Of a stretch of DNA of 64,000 nucleotides, positions 36,755 through 47,094 are shown in pieces. Position 1 is the first letter of the stretch, and every line of letters starts with the position of its first letter. A model generated the notes under the pieces. That model had not been told where the DNA came from. It ran no database searches and saw only the letters and a program-made list of their open reading frames with translations. The position numbers and the translations under genes were made by a program. Location: positions 32,001 through 96,000 of the forward strand of contig CAVWBU010000024.1 in assembly GCA_963753345.1 (NCBI GenBank), in the 5' to 3' direction. This DNA is from an uncultured Fibrobacterota bacterium. Lineage in GTDB: Bacteria; Fibrobacterota; Chitinivibrionia; Chitinivibrionales; FEN-1185.

Positions 36755-37246
36755 TCACTTCCCTCTCAGCGCGTCAAGCGCCAGGCCCACGGCGCCATGC
36801 GCGTCGAACGCCTCTTTGTACAGCGACGCGTCGATGGGTTCGATTTTCTGCAGGTTCCAAGCGCCGGGCAGGTACACCACGGGCTTGGCGAGGTTGAGCG
36901 CAAGCCCGATTTCGCTTAAGGTCCCGAATTTTCCGGGGAAAGCGATGAGCACGTCGGAAGCGTTGACGACAAGCGCATTCCGCGCAATGCCCATGCCCGT
37001 CGGGATCACGATACGGACATAAGGGTTTGCCGCGCTCTTGTCTGTTCCCGGAATGATGCCCACCACGGTCCCGTTGTTTTCAAACGCGCCGCGGCTCGCA
37101 GCCTCCATCACGCCGCCGAGCCCTCCGCACACCAGGACCGCGTTGTTGTTGGCAATGTACTTGCCCACTTCGTAGGCCACGCTAAGCGTCGCTTCGGAGG
37201 CCTCTGCGCCGCCGATCACGCCGATGGCGGGATTCGTTCTTGACAT
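36755..37246 (-). CDS. TIGR00725 family (LOG/DprA-like Rossmann) protein
   Basis: IGVIGG, CGGLGGVMEAASRGA, TGMGIARN and GTLSEI motifs. Confidence 0.88.
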   Translation of the reverse strand: MSRTNPAIGVIGGAEASEATLSVAYEVGKYIANNNAVLVCGGLGGVMEAASRGAFENNGTVVGIIPGTDKSAANPYVRIVIPTGMGIARNALVVNASDVLIAFPGKFGTLSEIGLALNLAKPVVYLPGAWNLQKIEPIDASLYKEAFDAHGAVGLALDALRGK

Positions 37247-37249
37247 ACG

Positions 37250-37666
37250 CTATTCCCCTATGATTTTTATAAGGACCCGTTTCTTCCTTCGTCCGTCGAA
37301 CTCGCCGTAGAAGATCTGCTCCCAAGGGCCGAAATCCAGCTTTCCGTTGGTGATTGCGACAATCACCTCGCTTCCCATCACCTGGCGCTTGAGGTGCGCG
37401 TCGCCATTGTCTTCCGCGCCGTTGTGTCGGTAGCGGCTCACGGGTTCGTGCGGGGCGAGCCGCTCGAGCCAGTCGTCGAAGTCCTGGTGCAGACCCGGCT
37501 CGTCGTCATTGACAAACACGCTTGCCGTGATGTGCATGGCGTTTACGAGGCACAGTCCCTCACTAATCCCGCTTTCGGCAAGCGCGGTCTCCACCTGCGG
37601 CGTGATGTTGACAAACTCACGCCGGGTCTTCGTGCAGAACTCGAGGGTTTTTCTGTATGATTTCAT
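37250..37666 (-). CDS. yjbQ: YjbQ / UPF0047 family protein
   Basis: [14 protein letters not shown] and [13 protein letters not shown] motifs. Confidence 0.92.
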   Translation of the reverse strand: MKSYRKTLEFCTKTRREFVNITPQVETALAESGISEGLCLVNAMHITASVFVNDDEPGLHQDFDDWLERLAPHEPVSRYRHNGAEDNGDAHLKRQVMGSEVIVAITNGKLDFGPWEQIFYGEFDGRRKKRVLIKIIGE

Positions 37667-37718
37667 ACCGATACATCTATTCTCGCTGCCCCCTCGCGGG
37701 GCTTGGGGGCATTTTTTC

Positions 37719-39062
37719 CTACAACCCTAATTTCGCAAGCCTCTGCTTGAGCTCGCTCCCCTTCTTTTCGTTGCCGGGCTTTGACAGAAGCGCAAACATG
37801 TTCTTCTTGTACGCTTCGACGCCGGGCTGGTCGAACGGATTGACGCGCAGGAGATAGCCGGACAGCGCGATCGCCTTTTCGAAAAAGTAAAACGCCTGAC
37901 CGAGCGTCTCCTCGGTCCGGTCCGCAAGCGTGATGGTGGCGCAGGGCACGTTTCCGTCAAGGTGGGCCAGCAGGGTCCCGCGATACGCCTCGGCGTTGAC
38001 GTCCTCGAAGTTCTTTCCCGCAAGATAATTGAGCTCGTCGCTGTCGTCGCCGAGTTTGGGCAGCGCCACGGACGTGTTGGTGCGGCCGAGCACGACAAAA
38101 GTCTCGAACACGTTGCGCAGGCCCTCCTGCATCCACTGGCCAAGAGAATGAAGGTCGGTGGTATAGTCCACGGAGGCGGGAAAAATACCGGTGAGGTTCT
38201 TCCCCTCGCTCTCGCCCGCAAGCTGCTTGAACCAGTCGCCCAAGTAATGGAGCTGCGGCGCGAACAGGGCCATCACCTCGGTGGTCCTGCCGCGGCGGAA
38301 CAAAATGTTTCTTGCCGCGGCATAGCGGCCCGCGATGTTTTTGTCAAGCGTCGATGCAGAGCAGAACCCCATGGCCTCCTTGGCGCCCGCAAGCAGCTTT
38401 GAAACATCGAGGCCGGCCATGGCGCAGGGGAAAAGGCCCACCGGGGTGAGCACCGAGAAGCGTCCGCCCACGTCCGAAGGAATGTCGAAGGTGGCGTAGT
38501 GTTCCTCGTTCGCAAGCTTGCGCAGCGCGCCTTTCGCCGGATCGGTGGTGGCCACGATGCGGCCCGCCGCGTCCTTCTTTCCATACCGTTTTTCCATCCA
38601 CTGCTTGATTATGCGGAACGCGATGCCCGGCTCGGTTGTGGTGCCGCTCTTGGATATCACGTTCACCGCAACATTCCTGTCCTTGACAAGTTCGAGAAGG
38701 TCGGTGATGTAATCGGAATTTATCTGATGCCCCGCAAAGATCACCCGGGGCTTGCGCAGGTCTTCAAACGACGGCGACACAAACTCGATTGCCGCCCTTG
38801 CGCCGAGGTACGACCCGCCGATGCCGATGCAGATGAGAACGTCGGTTTTCGGCCTGAGCGCGGCCGTCGTGTCGCGGACCTTCTTGACAACTGCCGCATC
38901 TATGGCCGCAGGCAGGTCGAGCCAGCCGAGAAAATCCCTGCCAGGGCCGTTCTTTTTTTCGAGCATGGTCTGCGCGGCCGCAAAGGAGTCGTTGTAGGCC
39001 GCCCATTCGTTCTCCTTTATCCAGTCGCCGAGGCATTTGTCGTCATAACTAATTTTCTGCAT
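37719..39062 (-). CDS. pgi: Glucose-6-phosphate isomerase
   Basis: [28 protein letters not shown] and [12 protein letters not shown] motifs. Confidence 0.97.
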   Translation of the reverse strand: MQKISYDDKCLGDWIKENEWAAYNDSFAAAQTMLEKKNGPGRDFLGWLDLPAAIDAAVVKKVRDTTAALRPKTDVLICIGIGGSYLGARAAIEFVSPSFEDLRKPRVIFAGHQINSDYITDLLELVKDRNVAVNVISKSGTTTEPGIAFRIIKQWMEKRYGKKDAAGRIVATTDPAKGALRKLANEEHYATFDIPSDVGGRFSVLTPVGLFPCAMAGLDVSKLLAGAKEAMGFCSASTLDKNIAGRYAAARNILFRRGRTTEVMALFAPQLHYLGDWFKQLAGESEGKNLTGIFPASVDYTTDLHSLGQWMQEGLRNVFETFVVLGRTNTSVALPKLGDDSDELNYLAGKNFEDVNAEAYRGTLLAHLDGNVPCATITLADRTEETLGQAFYFFEKAIALSGYLLRVNPFDQPGVEAYKKNMFALLSKPGNEKKGSELKQRLAKLGL

Positions 39063-39100
39063 GATTCTATTCCTTTCCTATTTATTAATACCAAAAAGAT

Positions 39101-39517
39101 TGGGCGTTCCCCTCGCTTTCGCTCGGGTCGGTTCTCCTTCCGGTCTCGGCCGTTCGGCCTCGGGCCGCCACGGCCCTATGCCGCGAGTACGCGGCCGGGT
39201 CCGGGCGGCACCCCGCTATGGCGGGACCTCCAGTCGCCCCTAACGCGCGGCAGAGGAATTCTATTAAGTCAACTCCTTCTTCTCGCGCCAATCCAATTGA
39301 CCTCACCCCTATCCCCTCTCCTAATGGAGAGGGGCACGGACATGCTATGGCCCCTTCCAATTTTCGCTCGTGGGTGCCGCCGCAACAATGTATGGTCTTG
39401 CCGCTGCTTTATCAAGGCGGCTACCCAGGAGGGGGTAGCGGAAGACCGGCGCGCGATGGACGATGGGAAATAAATGAAAATAGCGCACCGGGCTGAAGCG
39501 AGGGGGAACCTTCCCCC
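39101..39517. repeat. Composite structured repeat: module A (+, 39101-39252) and module B (-, 39367-39517), with nested CCCCTCTCC hairpin
   Basis: tgggcgttcccctcgct...cagtcgcccctaacgcgcggcag; cccctctcc-taat-ggagagggg near 39313-39334; tgggtgccgcc...ggaaccttccccc. Confidence 0.92.
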
Positions 39518-39544
39518 ACCAAATATTTATTGGCATATCCTGGT

Positions 39545-40930
39545 TTATAAATAAGTATGAACCGAACTCTTCTCCCGCTCCACAGGTTTCGATATTGTCA
39601 AGACAATCGCCCCGTTCTTGAACAGCGTCACCATGCCGGTGGACTCAGATACGGTGATCGACAGCGCCTTGGTGCAGGCGGTGATGCCCGCTGCAGCCGC
39701 GTGGCGCGAGCCGAACCCGCTCGGCAGCAGCTCCACTTCGGCCTGCGGCCGCAGATAGCTCCCCGCCGACAGCACGATGCCGTCGCCCGTGATGACGAAC
39801 GCGCCGTCGATGCTCGCGAATTCCTTGACCGTTTCGGCGAGCGCCGGGTCGATGATGTTCCGCTCGGCCTCGCTGTAGCCGCGGAACGGATTGATGATGA
39901 GCTGCGTAACGTACTTGTTGACCGTGTTGGTGTCGCCCAGAACGAAGATAGTCCCGAGCGGTTTGCCCTCGCGTCCCTCCACGGCGATCTCGCCCGCGAG
40001 CCCGAGCACGCGTTCGAGAACCTCGGGCATGATGTCGGGCGGCAGCAGCGCCGGCGAATTCGTGAAGAAGAATTCGTATTCGCTCGACACGTCGATCGCC
40101 ACGATGGTGTCGAACTGTCCCGCCTTGGAGTTTCCCGAAATGCAGACCACTTTGTCGCTGTTGTCAATAAGGTTGCGGGACAGGGCGAGCAGCATGCCGA
40201 TCCTCACCTGCCCCGTTCGCGACGCGGGATACGACGGCGCCTGGATGCACGCGGCGATCCTTTTATCGTCGGGGTCGAACCGCGACTTGTTGCTCGTCAC
40301 CACAATCACCTTGCCGCGGTTCTTGAGCACGTCGAGGAAATCGTTGTCGCGGACCGTGTCCGCGAACACCATGAGCGCGGTCGCCTTGATGTCCTTGGCG
40401 AGGTCGACGGCCGCGTTGAGCACGGGCTGCGGGCCCTTCTTCGCGCTTTTCGCCCCCTTGTCCTCGCCCGCGGTTCCGCCCTGCGCCGCTTCGAGTTCCC
40501 CAAAATCAACGGTCGTCGGATCGGTGCGTATCTTCTCCCGCACCAGATCGTTCTTGAAGAACGAGGCGACCTCCGACATGATCTGGAGGTGCTCGGAGCT
40601 GTCGGCCTTCTCGTTGGTGATGACCAGCACCAGAATGTACGCGAGCGCGCCCCGCGCCGCGTCGTACTTGATGCCTGCAGCGCTGCGGCCCACCGCGATG
40701 GCGAAATCGCCCTTGATGTCGGCGCGGAGATGCGGGATGGCGATTCCCTGGCCGATGAACGTCGAAGCGGCCTCTTCGCGCTTGAGGATCTCATCGACGA
40801 ACGCCTTCTGCCGCCGCGAGATCCGGAGCGCCTTGCACAGCTCATGCACCAGCTCGCGAATCGCCTCGACCTTCTCCGTCGACGCGAGATCGACCACTCG
40901 GGGAATCCTGAGGTAATTCTGGAACGACAT
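39545..40930 (-). CDS. PTS EIIA - DacZ-like diadenylate cyclase fusion
   Basis: EIIA motif REEAASTFIGQGIAIPH; DAC motifs EGREGKPLGT, EFASIDGAF, GSRHAAA and VSESTG. Confidence 0.85.
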   Translation of the reverse strand: MSFQNYLRIPRVVDLASTEKVEAIRELVHELCKALRISRRQKAFVDEILKREEAASTFIGQGIAIPHLRADIKGDFAIAVGRSAAGIKYDAARGALAYILVLVITNEKADSSEHLQIMSEVASFFKNDLVREKIRTDPTTVDFGELEAAQGGTAGEDKGAKSAKKGPQPVLNAAVDLAKDIKATALMVFADTVRDNDFLDVLKNRGKVIVVTSNKSRFDPDDKRIAACIQAPSYPASRTGQVRIGMLLALSRNLIDNSDKVVCISGNSKAGQFDTIVAIDVSSEYEFFFTNSPALLPPDIMPEVLERVLGLAGEIAVEGREGKPLGTIFVLGDTNTVNKYVTQLIINPFRGYSEAERNIIDPALAETVKEFASIDGAFVITGDGIVLSAGSYLRPQAEVELLPSGFGSRHAAAAGITACTKALSITVSESTGMVTLFKNGAIVLTISKPVEREKSSVHTYL

Positions 40931-40941
40931 ACTGATCCCTC

Positions 40942-42054
40942 CTATTCGGAAACCGCGGACGCGTAGTAGTCTACAATCGGCTGCTTCCTTGTTTTCACCG
41001 CATCGCCCCGCACCGACACGGCCTTGACATACCGCAATTGCTCCAGGCCCTTGGCCACGATCTGCTTCGGCGACAGGGAATCGAGGGTTTTAAGGTTCCG
41101 CTTCTGCGAGCGAAGGCGTGCAAGGACCGGCCCCACCGCCTGCGCCGCGGCCCCCGTGGTCATCGACGGCCGTTCCCTGAGAACGCTTGCCAGCACGTGC
41201 TCGGGAAGCAGCCGGTACAATGACTGCAGCGTGTCGCGCAATTGCGCGCAAACGGCCCGCATGGACGCCTGGTGGCCGGACATCTCGTCGCGGGCCGTCG
41301 CTTTGAAGTTTGCCTTGATGTCAACCATTTCCTTCACGCACAGGGGCGTCCCGAAATCAATGAAGACCTCGCCGCGCTTGATGCCGAGGCGCGTCTCGAG
41401 AATGAATTTCACAAACGCGATGATGTCGGCGCCGAAATAGAACGGTATGCCTACAAGCCTGGAAACAACATTGGACTGTTTCTTCCGCATCTCCTTGCCC
41501 TTGCGGAGCATTTCGAAATACGGCAGCTCGGGGAGGTGCTCATACGAGACCGCGCAGGGGAGCAGCAAAACTTTTTTGTCAGGGTTCCGCGCCTGCGCGA
41601 GGATCGCCGACATGAGGATGCCGCCTTTCATCTCCATGGTGCCGCCGCCGTAGCTCCGCCCGCCCTCCGGAAACACGAGAATCGGCTCGCCGTTCTCCAT
41701 CATGTTCACAACGTCAAGGCACAGCTGCCGCACATAGGATTTGCGGAACGCCATGTCCCTTCGCACGGAAAACGCGCCGAAAGCGCGGAACCGCTTTCCG
41801 AGGAAGGGGAAGCCGGTAAGGTTGTCGCCCGCCGCGATGCGCAGGTAAGGGACGCCGTTGTTATAGAGGAGCCAGCCGAGCAGAAAGTAATCGGTCTGGC
41901 TCCGATGCGTGGCAACGACCATCACCATGGAATCCTTGAGGGACTCCGGCTCATAGCCGTTCCGGTCAATGGTGATCCGCGTGAATGCCCGGCGGAAGAA
42001 CCACTCAAGGCCGTCCGTAATATTGTCAACCGCTTGTTCGTAGGGTTTCTTCAC
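40942..42054 (-). CDS. Glycerolipid acyltransferase (PlsB/PlsC family)
   Basis: THRSQTD (HxxxxD), AAGDNL and FPEGGRS motifs. Confidence 0.88.
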   Translation of the reverse strand: MKKPYEQAVDNITDGLEWFFRRAFTRITIDRNGYEPESLKDSMVMVVATHRSQTDYFLLGWLLYNNGVPYLRIAAGDNLTGFPFLGKRFRAFGAFSVRRDMAFRKSYVRQLCLDVVNMMENGEPILVFPEGGRSYGGGTMEMKGGILMSAILAQARNPDKKVLLLPCAVSYEHLPELPYFEMLRKGKEMRKKQSNVVSRLVGIPFYFGADIIAFVKFILETRLGIKRGEVFIDFGTPLCVKEMVDIKANFKATARDEMSGHQASMRAVCAQLRDTLQSLYRLLPEHVLASVLRERPSMTTGAAAQAVGPVLARLRSQKRNLKTLDSLSPKQIVAKGLEQLRYVKAVSVRGDAVKTRKQPIVDYYASAVSE

Positions 42055-42114
42055 AGGAGATGGAAAATACCTTGTGAGGGAAAACCTTGCAAAGGCATTC
42101 CGCAGTCGCGGCCG

Positions 42115-43842
42115 TCAACCGGGCCCGTTGCCGGCTAGAGGTACCCTGTATCGCTCCGAATTGACGGACGGCGCGATTTCCCCGTCGTCAAAGCCGAAGG
42201 AAACCGTACACCGCCCGCGGTCCGGCTTTTCAAGGGGAATCACGGCCTCCACCGTTCTTGCCGCGTGCGCGCCGATGCTGTCGCGGGCCGACAGTTCCTG
42301 CGCAAGGACCGTGCTGTCTTTCCCGGCGTCTTCACGATGAAGAACGCAGACCAGCCGCACGGGCTCTCCATAGCTGTCGCGTGCAAAAGTCAACGGTGTG
42401 CCGCGATGGTTGACGATTTCCAGGGACACGCTCTCCCCGTCCTGCGCCGGGAGCCTGCGGCGCATGGTCTTCAGGGTGATCCGGATGTCCAGGTAGGACG
42501 CAAAATGCCTGATCGACACGTAGTTTATCTCTTTGCCCATCCTCGTGACCAATCGCGTGCAATGCCTGTTCCTGCCGTACTTGACAAGCGTGACATCGCG
42601 TCCCTGGATGCCGTCTTCCGCCCCGCGTATCTCGTATTCCGATTTCTTGTTCCCGCCGGGATAGAGCGCGATCCCCTGCATGCCGGAGTAGAACGAATAC
42701 AGCGGAGCCTCGCGGAGCTGGCTCTCAAACACCACGGGGCTTCCGCCCGCGACGCCGCGGATGTCCTGCGCCCACTGCTCTCGGCCGTGGTAGAAATCGA
42801 CGTTGTTGAAGGTGTTGACGGGAAGGATTGGAAAAGCAAGATAGGTCCTCAGAAAAAGGACGAACAAAAGCGGGGGAACAGACAGCCAATACAGAAGCAT
42901 CTTTCTTCTGCTGCCATAGTATGAACAGCCAAGGATGATGAGGGGCATCAGCGCAATCGACGTCCAATGGAATTGCACATAACCCTTAAGGGTCGCAAGG
43001 CAGAAAAACGCCAGCGTGCCGATTGCGATGAATTTGAGCGCCCGCTCAAAAGCGTCCTTGGTTTTATAAATGAATGGAACGAATACAAGGGCCGGGCCGA
43101 GCACAAGGGGCTGCACCCCGAGAAACTCGGTGAGAAAATCGATCCTAAAGCCGCTCGACCGCCCCACCAGATGATACTTGAACGAGACAAAGTCGTGGGT
43201 GTACTGCCACCAGAGGTGAGGGACAAACATGACAAGGGCGATGCCGGCCGCGAGCATGAACTTCCTGTTACGCAACAACGACAGATTAGACAGGACAACG
43301 AAAAGGATAAGAAGAATCGCATGATACTTGGCGTATAGCATCAGCCCGAGCACGAGTCCCATTGAAACGCCCGACGCATAATCATCCTTTTCAAGGAACC
43401 TCTTGTAGCAATAGAGAAATACCGCCGACAGCGCAACCAGCGGCGTATCCGGGAACACAATGAACGTGAGATAATTGAAGAGCGGCAGTGACAGAATTAT
43501 CAGGTACGGATAGAACTTCCTGTTGATTTTATCGCCGAGCAGCTTCAGGAGAAAAAAAAGCCCGATGCAGACGAGCGCCACATTTACAATCCGGACTCCG
43601 AGCTCGCCCGGAAACAGGCGGCATCCCAGAGCGATACACAGCGGGAGAAGAGGAGGATGATCGTAATATCCCCAATCCGCATGGGACGACAAATACCAAT
43701 AGTAACCTTCATCGCTCGTGAGCGTAGTGAGGGAGGCCTGGACGATGTTCAGAAGGAGATACAGGAGAACAAAAAGAAGCGGCAGCGACTGCGGCGGAAT
43801 TGCTTTGAGCGAAAAACCGGCGGGATTTCTTAACAAGCGCAC
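42115..43842 (-). CDS. GT-C glycosyltransferase (family 39/ArnT-like)
   Basis: DEGYYW...WGYYDHPP, PDTPL and AKYH motifs; multi-TM. Confidence 0.85.
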   Translation of the reverse strand: MRLLRNPAGFSLKAIPPQSLPLLFVLLYLLLNIVQASLTTLTSDEGYYWYLSSHADWGYYDHPPLLPLCIALGCRLFPGELGVRIVNVALVCIGLFFLLKLLGDKINRKFYPYLIILSLPLFNYLTFIVFPDTPLVALSAVFLYCYKRFLEKDDYASGVSMGLVLGLMLYAKYHAILLILFVVLSNLSLLRNRKFMLAAGIALVMFVPHLWWQYTHDFVSFKYHLVGRSSGFRIDFLTEFLGVQPLVLGPALVFVPFIYKTKDAFERALKFIAIGTLAFFCLATLKGYVQFHWTSIALMPLIILGCSYYGSRRKMLLYWLSVPPLLFVLFLRTYLAFPILPVNTFNNVDFYHGREQWAQDIRGVAGGSPVVFESQLREAPLYSFYSGMQGIALYPGGNKKSEYEIRGAEDGIQGRDVTLVKYGRNRHCTRLVTRMGKEINYVSIRHFASYLDIRITLKTMRRRLPAQDGESVSLEIVNHRGTPLTFARDSYGEPVRLVCVLHREDAGKDSTVLAQELSARDSIGAHAARTVEAVIPLEKPDRGRCTVSFGFDDGEIAPSVNSERYRVPLAGNGPG

Positions 43843-44063
43843 AAAAAAGCCCTCACGTCGTTTCTCTGCAAGTCAATCGAATATAATTCTTCGCCGCCCG
43901 GATTCTTGTAGGGAAACAGGGCGAAGGACCGTGTCGCGGACCGCTCGCGGCTGTTGAGTGGGCGCGGCCCGCGAGCTATATTCTACCCTTCGTTCATTGC
44001 CAGGGGATTTTTTTTCAATCCCGTACCGGTGCTCATCCACCCTTCACCCAAAAGGACCTCTTC

Positions 44064-44576
44064 ATGACGCAAGCATCCTCCCTCACCGCCTCAATCAAGA
44101 CCGAAAAAGGCGCCATCCGTCTCAATCTGTTTGCCGACAAGGCGCCGCTCACGGTCGCCAACTTCGTGAACCTCGCCAGGCGCGGGTTCTACAACAACCT
44201 TAGATTTCACCGCGTGATTGCCGACTTCATGATCCAGGGCGGGTGCCCCAAGGGCAACGGCACCGGCGGGCCCGGGTACAAGTTCCGGGATGAATTTGTC
44301 AAGGACCTGCGCCACGACAGGCCCGGCGTCCTTTCCATGGCCAATTCCGGACCCAACACCAACGGCAGCCAGTTTTTCATCACGCATGTGCCGACGCCCT
44401 GGCTCGACGACCATCACACCGTGTTCGGCGCGGTGACCGGCGAACAGGACATGGCGGTTGTCAACAGCATCAAGTCGGGAGACAGGATCGATGTGATTGA
44501 GATCGAGGGCAACGCGGAGGGGCTGCTCAAAGAGCAGAGGGAGGATGTGGAGAAGTGGAATAAAAAGCTGGGATAA
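44064..44576 (+). CDS. Cyclophilin-type peptidyl-prolyl isomerase
   Basis: [31 protein letters not shown] and [10 protein letters not shown] motifs. Confidence 0.96.
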   Translation: MTQASSLTASIKTEKGAIRLNLFADKAPLTVANFVNLARRGFYNNLRFHRVIADFMIQGGCPKGNGTGGPGYKFRDEFVKDLRHDRPGVLSMANSGPNTNGSQFFITHVPTPWLDDHHTVFGAVTGEQDMAVVNSIKSGDRIDVIEIEGNAEGLLKEQREDVEKWNKKLG

Positions 44577-44586
44577 GGAAAAAAAC

Positions 44587-44793
44587 TGGGCGTTCCCCCG
44601 CTTCGCGGGGTCGGTTCTCCTTCCAGCTCGGCTGGTCAGCCTCGTTGCCGGTCCGCCCCTAGTCGCGTTCACGCTTCGCGCCCTCCGGGCCGCCTGCGGC
44701 GGTGGTCTCCGCGCCTTCGGCGCTCCGGCTCGGCGAGGGGTCGGCCGGCAATCCCGCATTGGCGGGACTTCCAGTCGCCCCTAACGCGCGGCA
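44587..44793 (+). repeat. Dispersed structured repeat, module A (solo, with ~60-nt internal hairpin insertion)
   Basis: First 80 nt identical to the copy at 46570; ends ccagtcgcccctaacgcgcggca. Confidence 0.92.
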
Positions 44794-44941
44794 ACAGAGC
44801 TCTTTTCCGTCAAGTTTCAATAATTGCGCCATCCGGAATTCTCACCAAATAATTCGGAATCACCCCTTCAACACCATCCGTCAACTGTCAACTATATTGA
44901 CTTCGCTCATTGGTGCCTCTTGTCAAGGCCGCATCAACCGG

Positions 44942-46395
44942 TCATTTCATCAACGAAATCATCTTTTCCTGATGTTCCTCGCCCGCTTTGAAGACGACCA
45001 GATATGCGCCTGCGGCAAGCTTGCCCCGTTGCATGCTCAATGAATAATTCCCGGCATCCTGATGCTTGTTGACAAGTTCGGATTGCAATTGGCCATTGAT
45101 ACTATACAGCCGCAGGGAGACATGCCCGGCTTGGGGAATTGAATAGGCGAACTTAACTAATGCGCATTTGCAACTGCTTACCTGCAAACCGGCATGCTTT
45201 GCGGTTGATGACGCTGAGATGGGTTGGGTCACAAGGGAAGGGGAAGTGCTATCGAACTGGGCGAAATAGGCCTGACCAAAACCCTGGCCTTCGCTGGCGA
45301 ACAACCCTCCGGCATATATCGTTGATCCCTTCACGGCGAGTGAATAGACACCGCCAGGTAAGTTCGGTTTCCAAGCTAAGACAGTCCCTGCTGTCCCATC
45401 CAAGGCTGCCATATCGGAGCGGGTCTGCCCGCCAATGCTGTCAAAGAGCCCCCCGCATATATCGTTGTCCCGCTCACAGCGATTGAATTGACAATGCAAT
45501 AACTGGCGGGATAGTAGAAATGCCGAAATGCATTCGGGTTCCAAGCCAATGCATTCCCTGTTGTCGCATCCAATGCAGCAATATAGTTGCGGTTCTGCCC
45601 GCCAATGTTGGTGAAGCGCCCTCCAGCATACACTGTTGTCCCGTTCACGGCGAGTGATTTGACCCAGTAGTCCGCATTTGGGTTCCAGCTCAATACATTA
45701 CCCGTTGTCGCCTCCAAGGCCGCGATATAGTTGCGGGTCTGCGCGCCAATGGTGTTGAAGGCTCCTCCTACGTATATCGTTGTCCCGCTCACCGCGAGTG
45801 AATAGACACCGTCGCTCGCATCCGGGTTCCATGCCAGGGCATTCCCTGTTGTCGCATCCAATGCTCCTATGTTTTTACGGCTCTGGCCGCCAATGCTGTC
45901 GAACAAGCCTCCTACATATACGGTAGTCCCGCTCACGGCAATAGACAAGACATCGCTTATTAAATTGCCGTTCGCATTCGGGTTCCAGCTCGTTGCATTC
46001 CCTGTTGTCACATCCAGTGCGGCGATATGGTTGCGTCTTTGCCCGTCGATGATGGTGAAATCCCCTCCAGCATATACTGTTGTCCCGCTCACAGTGAGTG
46101 TTTGGACACCGCTGTTTGCATTCGGATTCCAGGCCGTGGGTTCCCCCGTTGTCGCATCCAAGGCTGCGATATTGTTGCGAACCACACTGTGAATGGTGTC
46201 GAAGACCCTGTCGAAGACCCCGCCGATACATGGCCCAACCCGAGTAAAATTCCCTCCAATGTAAACTTTGTCCCCGGCGGGCGCAATCGCAGAGACCGGG
46301 CCATTGGTGACCCATGTGTTCTGGTTGCACGTGTCCGACGGCAAGGCCTGCAGGAGCGCTGCGAGGGAAATGATAATAAGAGCCATCTTTTTCAT
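44942..46395 (-). pseudogene. Beta-propeller-like repeat protein with T9SS-like CTD, frameshifted at a G6 run
   Basis: About 6 repeats of RN.IAALDATTG...WNP.A...V.SLAVSGTT.Y.GG.F; the frame switches at the C run 45449-45454 (G7 would restore it); C-terminal LYSINGQL...GAYLVVF. Confidence 0.75.
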
Positions 46396-46569
46396 AGCGT
46401 CCTCCTTGCAGATGATTTTAGCAAATCGTCGCTTTCCGCATTTGACCATTCCTTCCCTATTCAATAATATACAGTATATACCTTTTTGTCCACGGCAATA
46501 CAACACCCTGCCGAACAAAGCGGTTTCTGCCAGAAAACACCCCTCGCAGCAATGAAGAAGAAAAGAAAT

Positions 46570-46935
46570 TGGGCGTTCCCCCGCTTCGCGGGGTCGGTTC
46601 TCCTTCCAGCTCGGCTGGTCAGCCTCGTTGCCGGTCCGCCCCTAGTCGCCTTCGGCGAGGGGTCGGCCGGCAATGTGCTCCGGCACACTTCCAGTCGCCC
46701 CTAACGCGCGGCAGAGGAAATTTCTTCAGTCAATTGTTATTTCTTGCGCCAGCCGAAATTTTCAAGGAGCAAATCATTGTTTTCTTCTTGAACTTCTCAA
46801 CTACTCTCCGTGGGTGCCCCCACACCAAGGTATGATTCCACAGCTATCTTTTCTTGGGGGCCACCCAGGAAGGGGTAGCGCAGGACACCGCAGGCCGAAG
46901 GCCGAGGAGGCCGGAGCTAGGGGGATACCTCCCCC
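46570..46935. repeat. Composite structured repeat: module A (+, 46570-46713) and module B (-, 46804-46935)
   Basis: Same conserved blocks as the other composites. Confidence 0.92.
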
Positions 46936-47094
46936 GCAGAGCAGCTTTTCTCCACTTTCTAATTGAAACTCTTACATTGTCAAAATCCCTCCCCATCCAG
47001 CTTTTGACATTCAATAATGTATATTCCTAAGATTGTAGCATCTGCCTCTTATCTGCAAACATGTCGACGTAAAGGTCCCGGGAAAGGGAACCCC

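Noticed and set aside
39557-40966. Long antisense or alternate-frame ORFs (e.g. 469 aa here, 489 aa at 27415-28884, 421 aa at 20695-21960, 389 aa at 48982-50151)
   Set aside because: Shadow ORFs of high-GC coding genes, with no recognisable motifs.
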